In this document: piece after piece, positions 36,961 to 50,520 of the stretch | Layout of the letters: every line of letters begins with the position of its first letter | How positions within the stretch are numbered: position 1 is the first letter of the stretch | Source: Lama guanicoe | Lineage: Eukaryota | NCBI GenBank assembly: GCA_013239625.1 | Contig: MU053379.1 | Location: 2,090,866 to 2,154,865, forward strand | DNA length: 64,000 nt | Reading direction: 5' to 3' | The notes under the pieces: generated by a model | The model's database searches: none | What the model saw: the letters and a program-made list of their open reading frames with translations, nothing else | Told to the model about the DNA's origin: nothing | Position numbers and translations under genes: made by a program

Positions 36961-38980
36961 GCAGGGGACGATGGCGCGTGCTGACTTAATTTCTCCCACT
37001 TCTCAGGCCCTGATGTCTGTTTCCAAAGGAAAGAGCGTGTGGAAGTGGGGTCCGCAGTGGACATTTCTGAGGTTGTGTGCGGGCTTTTGGCGTTCACGTA
37101 TCAAGCAAGCTCGTCAGAGACGCCATCAGTGGACTCCGTGAATAGTCCAGGATGACTTCGTATTTGTAACCAAATCCTCTGGGGTCTGAACACCTGTTCG
37201 CCCGGCAGGCTAGCTGCTGTCCAACCATTTAGCCGTTGCCTGGAAGCTGGACGTCCTTTCCTGGCGCTTGCAGAGTTTGGGTTTTCCCATTCTTTCCTTT
37301 TTTAATTCACTAAATTGCTTGTTTGTTTGGGAACTAAGAATGCTGGTGTCAGCCTTGGAGCGGTGTATGCATATAATACAAAAAAATCCCTGCTGTGAAT
37401 TCCTGGGTACCGGCTGCCGCTGTCCCCGGAGCCCCATTCAGAGCTGGGGGCAAAGCGGACACTCGAGCCACGGTCTCTGTCACTTCTGGACCTCTCCTGA
37501 GCCCCGTCACTCCGGGTCTGTGTAAGGATTTCCAGGGAAGACCTGGGACACCAGTGGTTGTTATTCTTTGAAGGACAACAGAGGTTTTTATAAGCCCTGC
37601 AGCACCACGGGGGTCTGGTGCGTATGGACTGAGTGACGGTTGGGGAGGTGACGATGACAGCTCAGGCCCCCGAGTTCTCCTGTGGGTTATGGTCTAGTTA
37701 AGGAAGACAGATGGTAAACAGGTGCCCAATAGGCCAACAACATAACTCCAGATAGAAGGGTCTGATGACAGTGAAATCGGGTAACGTTAGTGTTTAGCAG
37801 ACACGAGCGGCTGCGGTGGGACAGGGCCCTCTCTGGGGTGGAGCCCTGACTGGTGTGCAGGAGGAGCCACGTGAAGGTCTGGAACTTTCCAGGCAGAGTG
37901 CACTGCCGTGCAGATTAGGGGAACAGAGAAAAGGCCGTGCTGCTGGAGAGCTGGAGCCCGGGGGAGGGGTGGGGGCGAGGCAGGCCGGCGTGGGCTCCGA
38001 GGCCTGGTGAAGGGCTCGCTTGCAACCAGGACAGCGTCCTAGGGAAGGGCTTGGGGCATTTCCCCCGGGGAGACGCCACAGAGCGCGGAAAGGCGGTAAA
38101 AATCTGGGCGTTAACCTGGATCTCGCCAGGTGTTAGACAGCTTGAAACCAGCTTGACGTCCTGCGAGGACATGGCTAAGGTTAGGTGTGAGTGCAGCACA
38201 GCTGTGGGTGCCTTGGGAGGCTGGCTCAGAACCCCTCATTGCAGGGTCGGAGCGATCCTCCCCCGGCCGTTACCCGCCCCCTCCCCCATCGCTCTCCAGC
38301 TCTGGGCCCTCCATTCAGTGCCCCCCTCCTCCTCTCGGCCTTTGTTCCATTCCTGGAAGATGAGGAATCCATTAACCTTAGCCACCGTCTCCGCATTGTC
38401 TTATTCCAAATCTCATCCTTTTTTTCCTTCAGATTCTCAGCATCCTCTTCTTCCTGGTGATCGTCTTGATCAGCTGGTCCAGGCTGCAGTGTTTGCCTCC
38501 CCCGCTCTGGGGCCTGCTCTCCCTCCCTCCCTCGCCTTTTTTGGAACTCTTGGTCTGACCAAGGTTTAGAGTGTTTCCAGGTACAAGAGTTAAATCAGGT
38601 GCTGAAATCACTGGAATTTGGTTGGGCAGGCCGGTGACTTCTTATGAACAGGTTGGAATGTTGGAAGCAGACCATCCACAGAGCAGCCAGTTTGTTTGTC
38701 CACCTTCCACGGGAAACAGCCACCTCTCTGGTGTTTCTTTTGCGTTATAATTTGTCAGATTTCTCTTAAAGCTGTACTTCCCCTCCTTCCCGACTCAGTC
38801 CATGGTGCCTGAAAGGCATGTCTTGGTTTTATTCTCCCCCAGACTAGAGTCGCCCCCAATCCTCCTGGAAGGGGCAGGCTTTACTGAGAGCCAGGCACTG
38901 CACACACATGTCCTTGTTTAGTCCTTATACTAACATTAGGGTAAAGTTACCCCCATTTGAAAAGTGAAAAGATTGGCAAA

Positions 38981-39515
38981 TGTGGTAGCCAGCCACCAAG
39001 ATGGCGTCCCATTGGCCCCAGGCTCCTGGTACTCAGGGCTTTTTGTTCCCCTCCCACACCAAACAAAGATCATCCATGTAACCAGTAGTCTCTTGTGGCA
39101 AAGGCAGTGTGTGGCATCTGAGGTTGGCCATAAAACGCACTGCAGCTTCTGTCGCCCTCTCTCTCTCGGACCACTTGCTTCAGGAGAAGAGGCTGCCCTG
39201 TTGGGAGGACACTCAGGCAACGGGCAGTGGGGACGTCTCCCTGGAGGGAGCCTGAGCCTCCTGCCAGCAGCACAGACTCACCCAGCATGTGACTGAGCCA
39301 CCCAAGAAGCAGCTTCTCGAGCTCCTGTGGCTCAGATGGCTGTGACTCCAACCACCATCTTTCCTGCAACCTAGTGAGACCCTGAGCCAGAACGACCCAG
39401 CTCAGCCCTTTATAAACTCCAAACCCTCAGCAATTCTGTGAAATAATAAAAGTTTATTGTGCTACATTGCTACATTTGGGGATAGTTTGTTACACAGCAG
39501 TAGGTAACTAATACA
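38981..39515 (+). mobile_element. MLT1 (MLT1F-like) MaLR solo LTR, full length
   Basis: TG...CA termini (tgtggtagccagcc ... tttgttacacagcagtaggtaactaataca), AATAAA near the 3' end, 5-bp TSD gcaaa/gtaaa. Confidence 0.88.
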
Positions 39516-42042
39516 GTAAAAATTGCCCCCATTAGACAAGTGACAAAGCAGGCTCGGGGATATCGGGGATTTCCAGCAAATGACCAAGCAAAAAACCATG
39601 CCCATGTCTGTTTCACGGACAAGTCCATGCTCTTACCTCCCTGCCTGGCTGCCCGTGGCATCTGACCTTTGACAGGCACACCGTGTCAGGAAGCAGCAGC
39701 AGACCACGTTGACCTCATCTCCGCCGTGTGATGGTCCCAGATTCGGGGAACCCCTAGCCAGGTGGGATGGACAGAGACCAAGCAAGAGGATGTCCCAGTT
39801 TGTGTGAAGGTTTTGATGGATCAGATTTCATCAAAGCTTCACACTCACCCTCACTCACAGCCGTCTGACTTTCAAAGGTTTCTTTCACCGTATTTCTATT
39901 TCTTTCTCTTATAATTTTTAAAAATCGCTGAAGTCTACACCTTAAACAGTCTGTTTCCAATTAGAACTCCTAGTAAGCTTTGTCTGCAAAGGAGGTCTTT
40001 CCTTTTCTCGTCCCCTGCCTCCCTGTCTTCGTTCGTTCTTTCTGTAAAACGTAGCCTTGCGCTAGACTTTCACAGCAGTGTAGGAACTTCTAACGTTGAC
40101 GTCATCTGACTCTTAGGGTTTTTAGCAATTTATATTCACTGCCCTTGAGAGATGAGAGGCCAGCCCCACAGGCCCACCACGCTCGTCGCCAGGCTCGCCC
40201 ACCCAGAGCCGCGGCGCGTGCTGTCTTACTTTCGGAAAGATGTTCTTCACAGCACAGACTTTCTGACATCTACCCGCACAGAGTCTCTGTTTAGTGACTT
40301 GATTTTTCAACATCTTCTCAGGCAAGTTACAGCCACCAAATCGTTAAAGCTTCAGTTTTCCCCACAAATCCCTCTGTCAAACCGACCAAACCAAAGAAAA
40401 CTAGTCCGACACAATCGCTTTGAAGAGAAAACAGAAATGCTACCTTTCAGGGTTTTTTTCCAGCTCCTCCATCCAGTGGGGGCTGGAAGCGGCAGCTAGA
40501 GGCTCATAGAACTTGAAGAGGCTGCCCCTCACGCTCTGTCTGCCTCCAAACGGCGGTGCCCACTTCCCGCAGCCGGATCTGACGCCCAGCTCCAATCCCT
40601 AGCCTAGCCTGGGAGTCCTCATGCCCAAAACCTGGAATCACCCTTGGGTGAGGGTGACGCCCCCAACCCAGACTTGCTGCTTGACCGTGGTGAGCGACCC
40701 CGCAAAGGAAAGCTGGCCAAACTAGCCAGCCTCACACTCATGATCTCCTGAGATAAAGCGGGCCTGCGGCATCACAGCCCAAGCCCCGCGCTCACCGGTG
40801 CGTGGGGACGTGTCTCGTCCTGGTCACTGCTTCCTGCGCGCTTAGGGCTTCCAGCCTGGAGGACGGTGACTGCCGTCACTTAACCGAGCTTCTGACAGCA
40901 GGGCTGATTCTGGTGGAGGTTAGTTCAGGCAATGCCTGAACGAGTCATCACAGCTGGTATTGATTTTATCTTTTATTCCATCGCTGAGAGTGTGTAAAAA
41001 TTATTTTGTGCTGAAATGCAGAAGCACACATTTATTGCAGGGGATTTCAAGCTCCAGTTAAGCTCTAACACTTCTCTCTAAGTTTGACTCTGAACTACTG
41101 CTTGGCAGATGTTACTCGTCGGACTTGGAGGCGTGCACCTTTAGAGCCCAGGGAAGTGTGCCATCTAGCCTGCTCTCTGTTCATAAATAGAAACAGGGCT
41201 GTATTGTGCATCCCTCGTGTGGAAGGGAGGTCGGAGGGGCACCGCGCATGTAGCACTGAGCACGTAGAGGGAAGAAAGCCCGGAAAGGTCACCAGCCATA
41301 GAAGGAAGACCAGGGCGGATGGGTGAACTGATGCTCAGAAGGGGAGTGGCTTGTCCGCACACACAGGTAGTAGCTGTCCGACTAGGAATGCGATCCCAGT
41401 GTTGTGCTTCGAGCCAGCCTCCTTCGACCCTTCCAGAGTGTGTGACTAAGCTGGGTTTTATGCCTGCTCCACCGTCGGTTCTGTCCCTCTGCTGCCCCTC
41501 AGCGCCCTTCATGAGTTAATGAAGAGACATGTATGCGTGCGGGGAGAGGGACATGTTGACTGGGTCCAGGTGGTTATCTTCAAGGAAGCCTCCAGAGTGA
41601 TGGGTCACCTCGGAGATACTCTTGGAGAACCTGCAGCAGGCAATTTGCCTGTTCTCCTGCCCACACTCCCCGTTTGGAACCGATTCTTCAAGCTCCTCGA
41701 ACGTCTGTTCCCGGACACAGATCCAGTGAGCTTTTCCCACCGGGCATCCTCTGCACCTGCTCCGCTCTACAAAAGGCTTTCTTCCTCCTGAAACTCCTCT
41801 TCTCTCACCCCCACAGCTGCCCTGGTCCCATTTCTGCTGCCTTACATGGGTCAGACTCATCTGGTCTCATGGCTTCAGCCTCCCCCGTTGGGCACCACAC
41901 TCTCCATCCCTGGCCTTAATTTCTCTCTGGTCCTCAGGACTTGGTTTGCAAATGAGCTGCCAGACCTTTTTAACCTGGGTCCTCTGGGACGGCCTCCAAC
42001 TCAAGGTCGGAACTTTGAACTAAATGCTGCCCACTGGCTATC

Positions 42043-42525
42043 TGTATTAGCCTGGGTTCTCCAGAGGACACATATAGGTACAAACAGAGAAGCCATATAT
42101 ACTGTTACATATATTAAATCATATATATGATTTGCTAAATGGAATCGGCCCACATGATGATGGAGGCTGAGAAGTTCAAAGAGCTGCAGGGCGAGTCAGC
42201 AAACTGGAGACTTCAGGAGAGCTCATGGTGTAATTCCCGACCAGGTCCGAAGGCCTGAGAGCCTCGAGAGCTGTTGGTGTGAGTTCCAGTCCAAATCCAG
42301 GTCTGAAGGCAGGAGACTGATGTCCTCGCCTGAAGACAGGCAGAGAGAAAGCATCCTTCTTCCTTAACCTTTTATTGTATTTAGGCCCCCAGGGGATGGG
42401 ATGAGGCCCACCCAGCCTGGGGAGCCAGTCCCATCTTGAAACACCCTCACATTCATGCCCAGAAATCATATTGAACCAAATATCTGGGCACCCAGTCAGG
42501 CTGGCATGTAAAGTTCACCATCGCA
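42043..42525 (-). mobile_element. MLT2 (ERVL) solo LTR
   Basis: tgtattagcctgggttctccagag...atggaggctgagaagttc...gaaacaccctcaca...caccatcgca. Possible degenerate TSD ctatc/ccgtc. Confidence 0.88.
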
Positions 42526-44954
42526 CCGTCCCACCCGAGTTCTGCTGCTGCACAGAGTCCATCTCTCGGTTTCTGCTGCACGCAGTTTAAGCCTCAGCCT
42601 CACGGCAACCTCTCGACATCCAGCCCATTGTCAAATCAGGTCGATTCTTCCCTCACAGCACTTCTTGCGTCTGTCCCTTCCTTTCCAAGTCCATGGACAC
42701 CACCCAATGGAGATCTTCTCCCTTGGTCAGCTGGACAGTCAGAGGCCCTCACTCCTCTCTTTCTGCCCTTTACCCTCTTCCTCTCTGTTTCCTCCACATC
42801 GTCTCTCAATTATGAAAGTGGAAGTCATTTTTCCCCTACAAGTATGTAGTCAGTGTCGCCTCCTGCAAGAAGCCTTCCCGATTTCACCAGGTGGCCATGA
42901 TTTTGTCTTCTTTGAACTCCTGAAGCTGTCTTTCAGTTTCATCTTGTTACAGTCATGTCTGCAGGTGATAGTCTCTAGTAGACTTCTCAACTTGTCTCTC
43001 CAAACTGAGTCTTTTGGTACCTTCTTCCTTTGGTGATGGGGATATAGGGGTGAGTGTGTGGAGAAGATACAAAAATGTGAGACTATTAGTTAGCGCTCCA
43101 AGATTTTAAACATATGGTAAGGCAACAGACAGTGAAGTTACAGGTTGGTAAACAATTAGCTGCCAAATGAATGGCATAGCTTTCAAGATCCCAGGGCATT
43201 TTCCTACAACATGAGTTAAAGTCAGTCCCTTGGTGTCTGTGTCTCCTGTCGGCACCCACAGCTCTTTGAAGGAGTGTAACTAAGTCAGTAACTTTTTTTC
43301 GCAAATTAGCAACACTTGCTCCAGGTTTCAGATGCGCTTTTGTTATCTCTGTAGAATCACCAAGTCACAATAAGGCTTAACCAAAGAGGAAGAATGATAC
43401 GCCTTTTTTTAAGTGCACAAAAAGGGAGTGTAATGTGTCATGGAGACAGGGGGCCTCGTTCATCTAGATCTAGTATTCATTATCCAAGTCCCTGCTGTTA
43501 GCAGTTTGCACAGGGAAGCAAAGTTGTCAAAATACATAATATTCACTAATGAGCAGAGCACTTGAAAAAACTGGGCACCCCCCACCATAAATTTTTTCGT
43601 ACTAAACAATAATATCTTTTCCCACCCATTCCCTCAGCCTCTGTGACCAGTTTAGGGCTATTTATTGGACATTCTAGCATCCCATAAAAACGCGAATTTC
43701 ATGAAGCTGGTGTGTTGAAGAATTACTCACGTCACACACACAAAGGCATCAGTAAATGAAGACCTCACTGTTGAGGAATAGGGCAAAGACGCTGACACAG
43801 GACCTATGTTCCAAAAAGAATGATTCAGATATTAAAGGGTTAGGACAGAGACTTGGAAAATTGGATAACCCCCTTGCACATCTTCCCCCAGACTCTCTCC
43901 CTCTGACTATGGGACATAAACCACGAAGGTGGGTGGGGTGTTATCTCAGGTCCTTCCAGCATTTTATGGGGAAATTACAGCAAGGGATTATCAGTGCTGA
44001 TTCCAGGCCTGTTCATTATCGCAAGCCAGGCATGGTTGTTCTCGGAACGTACATTTGTAGGGAATCACCAGGCCCATAGATTTTATTTCTCAAGATTAAA
44101 ATGTACAACTTAGTCTATTTCAAGTAGTTTACGTGGAAGCATCGTTGTCCTCTGCCAGCTCTCCCCAGGCTTACTGTGTATAAATAATGGGAGAAGTTTC
44201 TTTTCTGAAAAGGAACTTTGAGATCAAAAAGCGTTTGGGGTGGGGGAGCCTCTGCCTTCCGGGGGGTCGGTGGAAGTGAGAACAGTAGCGTTGCGGCAGC
44301 GGCCGTCAAATTGAACAGCGTTTGTTGGTCTTGGTGGTAACCACAAATCCTCGATTCGTGTTCACCAAGTCACTCTGCCTGTGTGGGCACACCACAGTGG
44401 GCACACTGTGTCCCTGCACACCAGGGAGCTCGGCTCCAAGCCTGCTTGCTTCTTCTCCTTGTGAGCTAGCTGCAGGCCGTGGGTCCAGTTCTGGTGAAAT
44501 AAAGCTTTTCCAGAAAGGTGGTGCTTCTTCCTTATTCCTCCTTTGCTCTCCCCGTCCCCCTCCACTTCCTCCTCCTTCTCCCTTTCTTTCTTTTTTCCTC
44601 TTTGGCTTTTGTTTTGTTTTTCACCAAATAGCATTTCCCTTACACAGAGATCCCTTGGACCATCCAGCTACCCTTTCTCTTCTTCAAGACGCCGAACCTG
44701 TATGCTGAGAGACCTCAGAGGTGGTCTAATAACCCTGTCACTTACCTTGCAGGTGGGCAGACCCCGGCGGGAGGCGGGATGGAGAGCTGCGCGGGGCCCC
44801 ACCCGCCGACTCCCACGCTCGTGTCCCCACCCCACTCAGCCTCAGCTCTAAGGCACGTACGTCCCCTAGGCAGCTACCTGGTAGGGGTGGCCATGCCGAG
44901 GAACGACACAGACCTATGGACACAGATCTTGGAAACTTTCCCCCATACCCACTT

Positions 44955-45330
44955 TTATATGGGAAATAGACCCTCAGACAAAGATTAGGATTCAAGAGCA
45001 AGTAATTTATTTGGGACTGGACCCCAGGACACTCTGGTGGGACAGTGGGAAAGAGAGACCAAGGAGAGAAAGAAAGCACCCAAAGATGTGCTGTCACGAC
45101 GCGGGTCACTGCTCCAGACACCTGAGGCTCAGCCCCACAGGGGATCTGTGGGAGGTGGCAGGGAGCACGTGCCCCCCACCCCCAGGGGTGAGGATGCAGG
45201 GGTTGCCCACGCCAAGCCCTGCTAGTCCCGGGGGTGGGGCTCCCCGGCACCTGCCCCGGGGTTGGGCAGAGCCAGCTCTGGCAGCCAGAGAGCCTTTAGG
45301 CAAAGTCGCAGGTGCTGGAAGGTGGACGTC
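44955..45330 (-). mobile_element. LTR16-like ERVL LTR
   Basis: ggattcaagagcaagtaatttatttggga...ccccaggacac...agtgggaaagagagac, similar to the 31561 element. Confidence 0.6.
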
Positions 45331-46409
45331 CAGCCTGCGTGCGTGGAAGTGTTTGGTTCTGTCGGGTTACAGGCAGGAAACCAGCTGTGTCCTCCACACA
45401 TCACCGCAGAGAACTCACCACAGACGGGACGGTGCCCACTCCTCTCAGGTGGGGAGGTGCTGGCTTTACAGGTGCTAAGTTCCCTTTTCAAGAAGGCTGG
45501 GAGGAAGGGGGACTAGAACGCAAGATGGACTGAAATCTGACCTCCCGCAGAAGGAGTCCTTTGGGGCAAGTCTCATCCACACACGAAGTGCTGAAAATTC
45601 AGTAGGTTTGTGAGTTCAGTTTAGGAAAAAAAGATGAGTCTCATCCAGCCTGTCTCCACTGCAAGATTCTGCACTTCAGTGCCTGTTCTCAGCCTGTAAA
45701 GTGGAGGTTAAACCCATCACTGACATGGTTCTTGGGACAGAGAGAGGAAGGGAAGTGGCTATTCAAGAGATTCTTTGCATCTCAGTGAGGACTCCTGATC
45801 TCAGTCAGGGCTCTCAGAGCGGAAGAGCCCAGCCGTGAGCGGCGCCGTTTGCATCAGGAAAGCCGCTGGAGGGGCGGGGGGCCTGGGGAGGTGTGTCTGA
45901 CTGCTCCTGAGCCTTTGGTCAGAGCCAGACCTTCTCCGATGTCTTTTTTGACCTTCAGGGATTGGGGTAGTTTTTTTGTTTTGTTTTTTTTCCTTTTCAA
46001 GTGCCCTCCACCAACCAGAACTTCTTCCAAAATGAAAAAAAAAAAAAAGAGTCAAGCATCTCTGGGGCCAAAGCGGGCATCAGGGGCCCCTCAGTCCGAT
46101 TTCTCCCCACACAGCAGCCCTCGAGCGGCCCTGGATGGCGCTCGGATCAGACTTGTGCTTCCCCGAAGCTGCTCTCGTCAGCATCCCGGTGACCTCCGCG
46201 CACCTGGATCCGATGCTGATTCCCAGCCCGCGTCTCGTTGGATGGAGTAGCCTCACTCGGCACAGCCGTTCACCCCTGGAAGAGCTTTCTCCCCTCGGCT
46301 GCCGGCGCCCCCTGCGCCCCCACGGGGCTGAAGCCCGGAGCGCGCGGCCTGCTGGCCCTTCCTCCTTTCTCTCCGCGCCCCCTGTCCAGGCTGGGGCTTT
46401 AAATGCCAC

Positions 46410-47200
46410 CCGTGTGCCAATGGCTCCAGACCCCTCCCCCCAGTCTCCTCCGGGGCATCTCCGGTGTGTCCAGGGCTGGGCTCCTGACCCTTCCTGCAAA
46501 TCTCCTCCTCCCGGTCTCATCGGTAAATGGCGCCTCCGTCTTTTCAGCAGCTGAGTCATCCTTTGTTGACCCCCTACCCTGCAGCCCACGTCCGCAGCAC
46601 CAGGGAGTCCTGTGGGGCCCACCTTCAGCATACACCTGGGATCCAGTCACTTCTCACCTCCACAGCAGCCACCCTGGCTGAGTCGCTACTGTCCCTCGTC
46701 AGGACGGCGCCGTTGCCCCCGCGGTGGTTCCCCTGCTGCCAGAGTGACGTCTGAAGCTCTAGGGTGGGGAGAGTCCCCCATCTGTGTAGGCCCCGCCTTC
46801 AGGCCCGTCTCACCTGGAGGAGCACTGAGCCGCGGCCTCCAGGCCGTCTGCCCTCGCCTCCTTCCAGCCGCCCCTCGCTCTCTTCCCTGCAGCCTCGCTG
46901 GCCTCCTGTGGGCCCCACACCCCCCGCAGGCTCCTGCCGTGGCCCCCGCACCTCCTCACCTCAGGAGCACCCCTGGCTCAGACATCCTCGCTCACTCTCC
47001 CGTGTCCCTCGTGCGTGGTCTCCTGAGCCCTTCACTGTTGTCCTCCTGAAACGGTCACCACATCCCCGCCCAGAGCTCTCAGCCCCTTTCTCTGCCTTGC
47101 TCTTCTCTACAGTACGTGCGTGTCATCACAGAGCGTGCCGTGTCGTCTGCTATCCGTTTGTGCATCCTGCACCTTCCTCCAGTGGGATGTGAGTGTGACG
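46410..47200 (+). mobile_element. Degraded L2 fragments
   Basis: ctcatcggtaaatggc...gagtcatcctttg...cacttctcacctccacagcagccaccctgg, L2-like. Confidence 0.5.
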
Positions 47201-48182
47201 GGGGTGGGGGGCGGGCTCGTCCGTGCTGCCTCCTGCCACATCCCAGCAGTGCTTGGCAGCCATTTGGCAGCTGGCGGGTGGAAAGACGTCACCGTCAGGC
47301 GTCCCTCCATCCTCCGTGGCTTGTCATGCAGTGACGCCAAGCTTCCCGTTGTGCAAGGCGCTCCTTCTATGAAATTTTGGATGACTTCTTCCTTATGCTG
47401 TCGTGCTCAAATCTCCCTCCCTCCTTGGTCCCATTTCTGCCTTTCCTATCGAAATCAAAATACATCTCTTCCCTGCTTACTCAGTGAAAGCCAGATCTCA
47501 GATCAACCCCACGCTTCACCTCCACCTGGGGTGGGGACTGTGCTCCAGCTCTCTCAGTTCTCCCAGACGCTCTTCTGGAACTTGGCCTCGAGACAGCTGT
47601 TCCTCTTAGGGATGTTCACACAGGATCAGTGTCTCCATCACACTGTGGGGTCCACACCTGGGAGGTGTTGTGCACCAGGTGTGCAATGACCAGCGCTGGG
47701 CGCGAGGAGACGCTGACTTCTTACCCATCATACGAGATGCCCTTTCATGCAGCTGGAGACTGCATGGGCCTGTGTAATGTCTGGGTCTCATTCTTGGCTC
47801 AAGGGGACTTTGGAGCAGCTCCGGTCTCCAGGTAATCTTCCCATACACCACCCTGTTCTATACTTAGATGCAAGATTTTTTGCATTCACCCCTCTCACAC
47901 CGCCCTTGCTTGTCTTGGCACAGGCTGCTGACATCTTTTCAAATCTAGATTTTCTCGCACACTGCTGTCTCTGTCTCCCAGCGGTGCGTGTCCGCATATC
48001 TGATAAGCAGTTTCAACAGTGTGGTGGGGTGGGGGGTATTTACATCCAGTGCAAGTGGGTCTTTCTCCAAATTCGAGACATGAGTGTTGATGAGAGCGGG
48101 GCCAGGGCGGGTGGCCGTCCCTCGCTGGGTAGGTGGCATCCCTGGGAATGTGCGTCTGAGATTTCTGACTGCAGTAAGAGAA

Positions 48183-48626
48183 CAGGTCCCCCCGATTTTA
48201 TTCCTCTTTGCTCTATTGCACTTCACAGATACCGCGTTTTTTGCAAATTGAAGATTTGTGGCAATCCTGCATCGAGCAATTCTCTGTGTCATTTTTTCCA
48301 GCAGCTCTTGCTTTCTTCGTGTCCCTGTGTCACATTTTAGTAATTCTTTAAATATTTCAAACCCTCCACTAGCAAAAAGATTACAACTCTCTGAAGGCTC
48401 AGGTGAAAGTTAGCATTTCTAGCAATGAAGTATTTTAAAATAAAGGTATGTACATTGTTTTCTTTAGATAAAATGCTATTGCACACTTAATAAGCCACAG
48501 CGTAGTGTAACTATGACTCTTACATATGCCTGGGAAACCAAAAGATTCACGTGGCTTGCGCGTTGCGACACCTGCTTTATTGCAGTGGTCCGGAACCGAG
48601 CCTGCAGCCGCTCCGAGGTGTGCCTG
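48183..48626 (+). mobile_element. Internally deleted Tigger1-derived element with both ends
   Basis: 5' end cagg...ttttattcc...ttcacagataccgcgttttttgcaaattgaagatttgtggcaa. 3' end ctttattgcagtggtccggaacc...ctccgaggtgtgcctg followed by TA. Confidence 0.88.
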
Positions 48627-48934
48627 TAACCGACTGAGTGCCCTGGCGGCTGTGTTCGGAAACCACCCCAGCGTTTGGCCTGGGGAACGGCTTCCCCAGG
48701 CTGCCTCCAGGGGTGCTAAGCAGTCCTGGGAGACCCGGAACTCCCCTGACCGGTGGCTTTGATTTGCACCTAAGATGCTGCTACAGCCCAGGCTGTCTGC
48801 AGTGATCCTCGGAGTCTGGTAACGCCCATCGGGGTCTGCGGTCGGGCAGAAAACCGCCTTTTATATTCTTTGCCATTTCTGCAGAACTATAGGGGTTGGC
48901 TGGAGTGGCATCTTGAAAAGCTGGCGGTTGAGGG

Positions 48935-49165
48935 CAGGATTAAGAGCTTGGAACTTGGAGTGGCACTGTTGGAACGGAAGCCCATCTCTGCCACTTGCTA
49001 CCCGTATGACACTGAGCACATTACTTCTGTGTGCCTCAGTTTCCTTATCTGTAAAGTGGGTTAATAGTTTTTACCTCATGGGGTCGTTGCAAGAGTCATA
49101 TGAATGAGTATGTGTAAAGTTCTTAGAAGGGCACCAGGTGTATAGTAAGTATTCAGGGACAATGA
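48935..49165 (+). mobile_element. MIR SINE
   Basis: ctctgccacttgcta...ctgtgtgcctcagtttccttatctgtaaagtggg...gtaaagttcttagaa. Confidence 0.85.
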
Positions 49166-49179
49166 CCTGTCAGTGTGAT

Positions 49180-49259
49180 TTTTTTTAATTGAAGTATAGT
49201 CAGTTACAACGTGGCAGTTTCTGGCACACAGCCTCTTGCCCCCGTCATGCACACACACC
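49180..49259 (-). mobile_element. Ultra-short L1 3' tail with 11-bp TSD
   Basis: ttttttttaattgaagtatagtcagttacaac. TSD gtcagtgtgat / gtcactgtgat. Confidence 0.85.
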
Positions 49260-50130
49260 GTCACTGTGATCTTGCTCATGCAGCATCTTTCCCGTAAATG
49301 CGCTTCCCCCCACGCCCTCCTCTCCGGGCAGCTGTCCAGCAACGCCGCAGGCCCATCGACTCTCCTTCACCCAGACATTGGTCTTCACCACAGAACCGGG
49401 CTCTGGACCCCATTCTGCTTTTCTTACCCGCTTTGCCCATGTTATTCTGGGTCTCCTAGCTCACCCGTGGGTGCCAGGAGAGCGAGTGCTCTCCTCCGGC
49501 TTCCATGTCCCACCCCGGGCGCGAGGCACAGCAGGCTCTCGTCTGCCAAGGCCCCAGCGCAAACTTAGAATCAGGCAAGTGCCGTCTGTGGTCCTGAGGC
49601 CCCTCTGGTTGCCACGTGGATTCTGATTAAACTGCCCCCCACTCTGCCACTGCCTGTGACCTCACTTCTGTTGACCCAGATGGATCCCTGACTTGGATCT
49701 CCCTGCTGAGAACACTGAGACCGATAATATGAATCAAGAGGCTGGATTGGTGGGAGTGTCCGGGGAAGATCAGATGGTCCCCTGGGCTAGCATCCAGCAA
49801 CCCAAATTGAAGTTTGCTGGTGTGTGTGTGTGTGTGTTGATTAGTGGATCTCTCGTGTTTGCCCATCATCTAAGATGTAATCCTTTCTTAAGCCATAATC
49901 TTTTAAGCTTTAATTTCAGAGATTACGTGGTCTTTAGCTTCATCTTTGAACAGACCTCCCTGGGATAGAGGATCTTTCCCATCAAGCGGTTTAATTCCTT
50001 TTCCAGTTGGTTTGGTTGTTGTTTGGCTTACTTTGGTGTATGTTTTAGTTCTGTCCCATTTTTTTTTCTTTAACCTATCAGGGAGAGACCAAATCAGAGT
50101 CTAGAAATCGTGAATGAATCAATGACATAC

Positions 50131-50520
50131 TGTCACCAGGCGGTTCTTCTCAAGCAGACACTGAGACAGAGTTCTGGGTGCAAGATGTTTGTAGGGGTCC
50201 ATGCCTGTGAGGAGAAGGAGGTGGGAGATGAAGTCAGGCTGTGATGCGGGCTCTTGGCAAAGGGTTCTGGAACAAGTATGACCCACTTGGGGCCGAAAGA
50301 GCCAAATGCGGCCTCTAGGACGGGTGCCACTAGGAAGGACGGGACCTCTGGCAAGGCTGCTGTCTGCAGCTGAGGCAGACCCAGCCCAGGGGAGCTGCCA
50401 GCTGGGGGCCCCCGGATGGCCTCACCCCTAGAACTGGGCAGCTAGTCCTTCCGACCCTCTGGGCAGAGCCATCCGGGGACAGCATGGTGCAGAAGGCGGG
50501 GTGAGCCCTCAGCGACATTT
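50131..50520 (-). mobile_element. LTR33/LTR16-like ERVL LTR
   Basis: aagcagacactgagacagagttctgggtgcaagatgtttgtagggg...cctgtgaggagaagg. Confidence 0.6.

Noticed and set aside
36285..36989. Longest ORF (234 aa) and overlapping ORFs
   Set aside because: The GC-rich sequence is depleted of stops, ORFs occur in several frames on both strands, and there is no recognisable domain. LALALA comes from the hexamer repeat.
37937..38569. 210-aa ORF (also the 197-aa ORF at 47747-48340)
   Set aside because: Neither shows homology cues. The first starts in L2-like decay and the second runs into a Tigger1 end.
38928..38948. Perfect branch point TACTAAC followed by AG
   Set aside because: There is no polypyrimidine tract between branch point and AG, the spacing is too short, and no exon follows.
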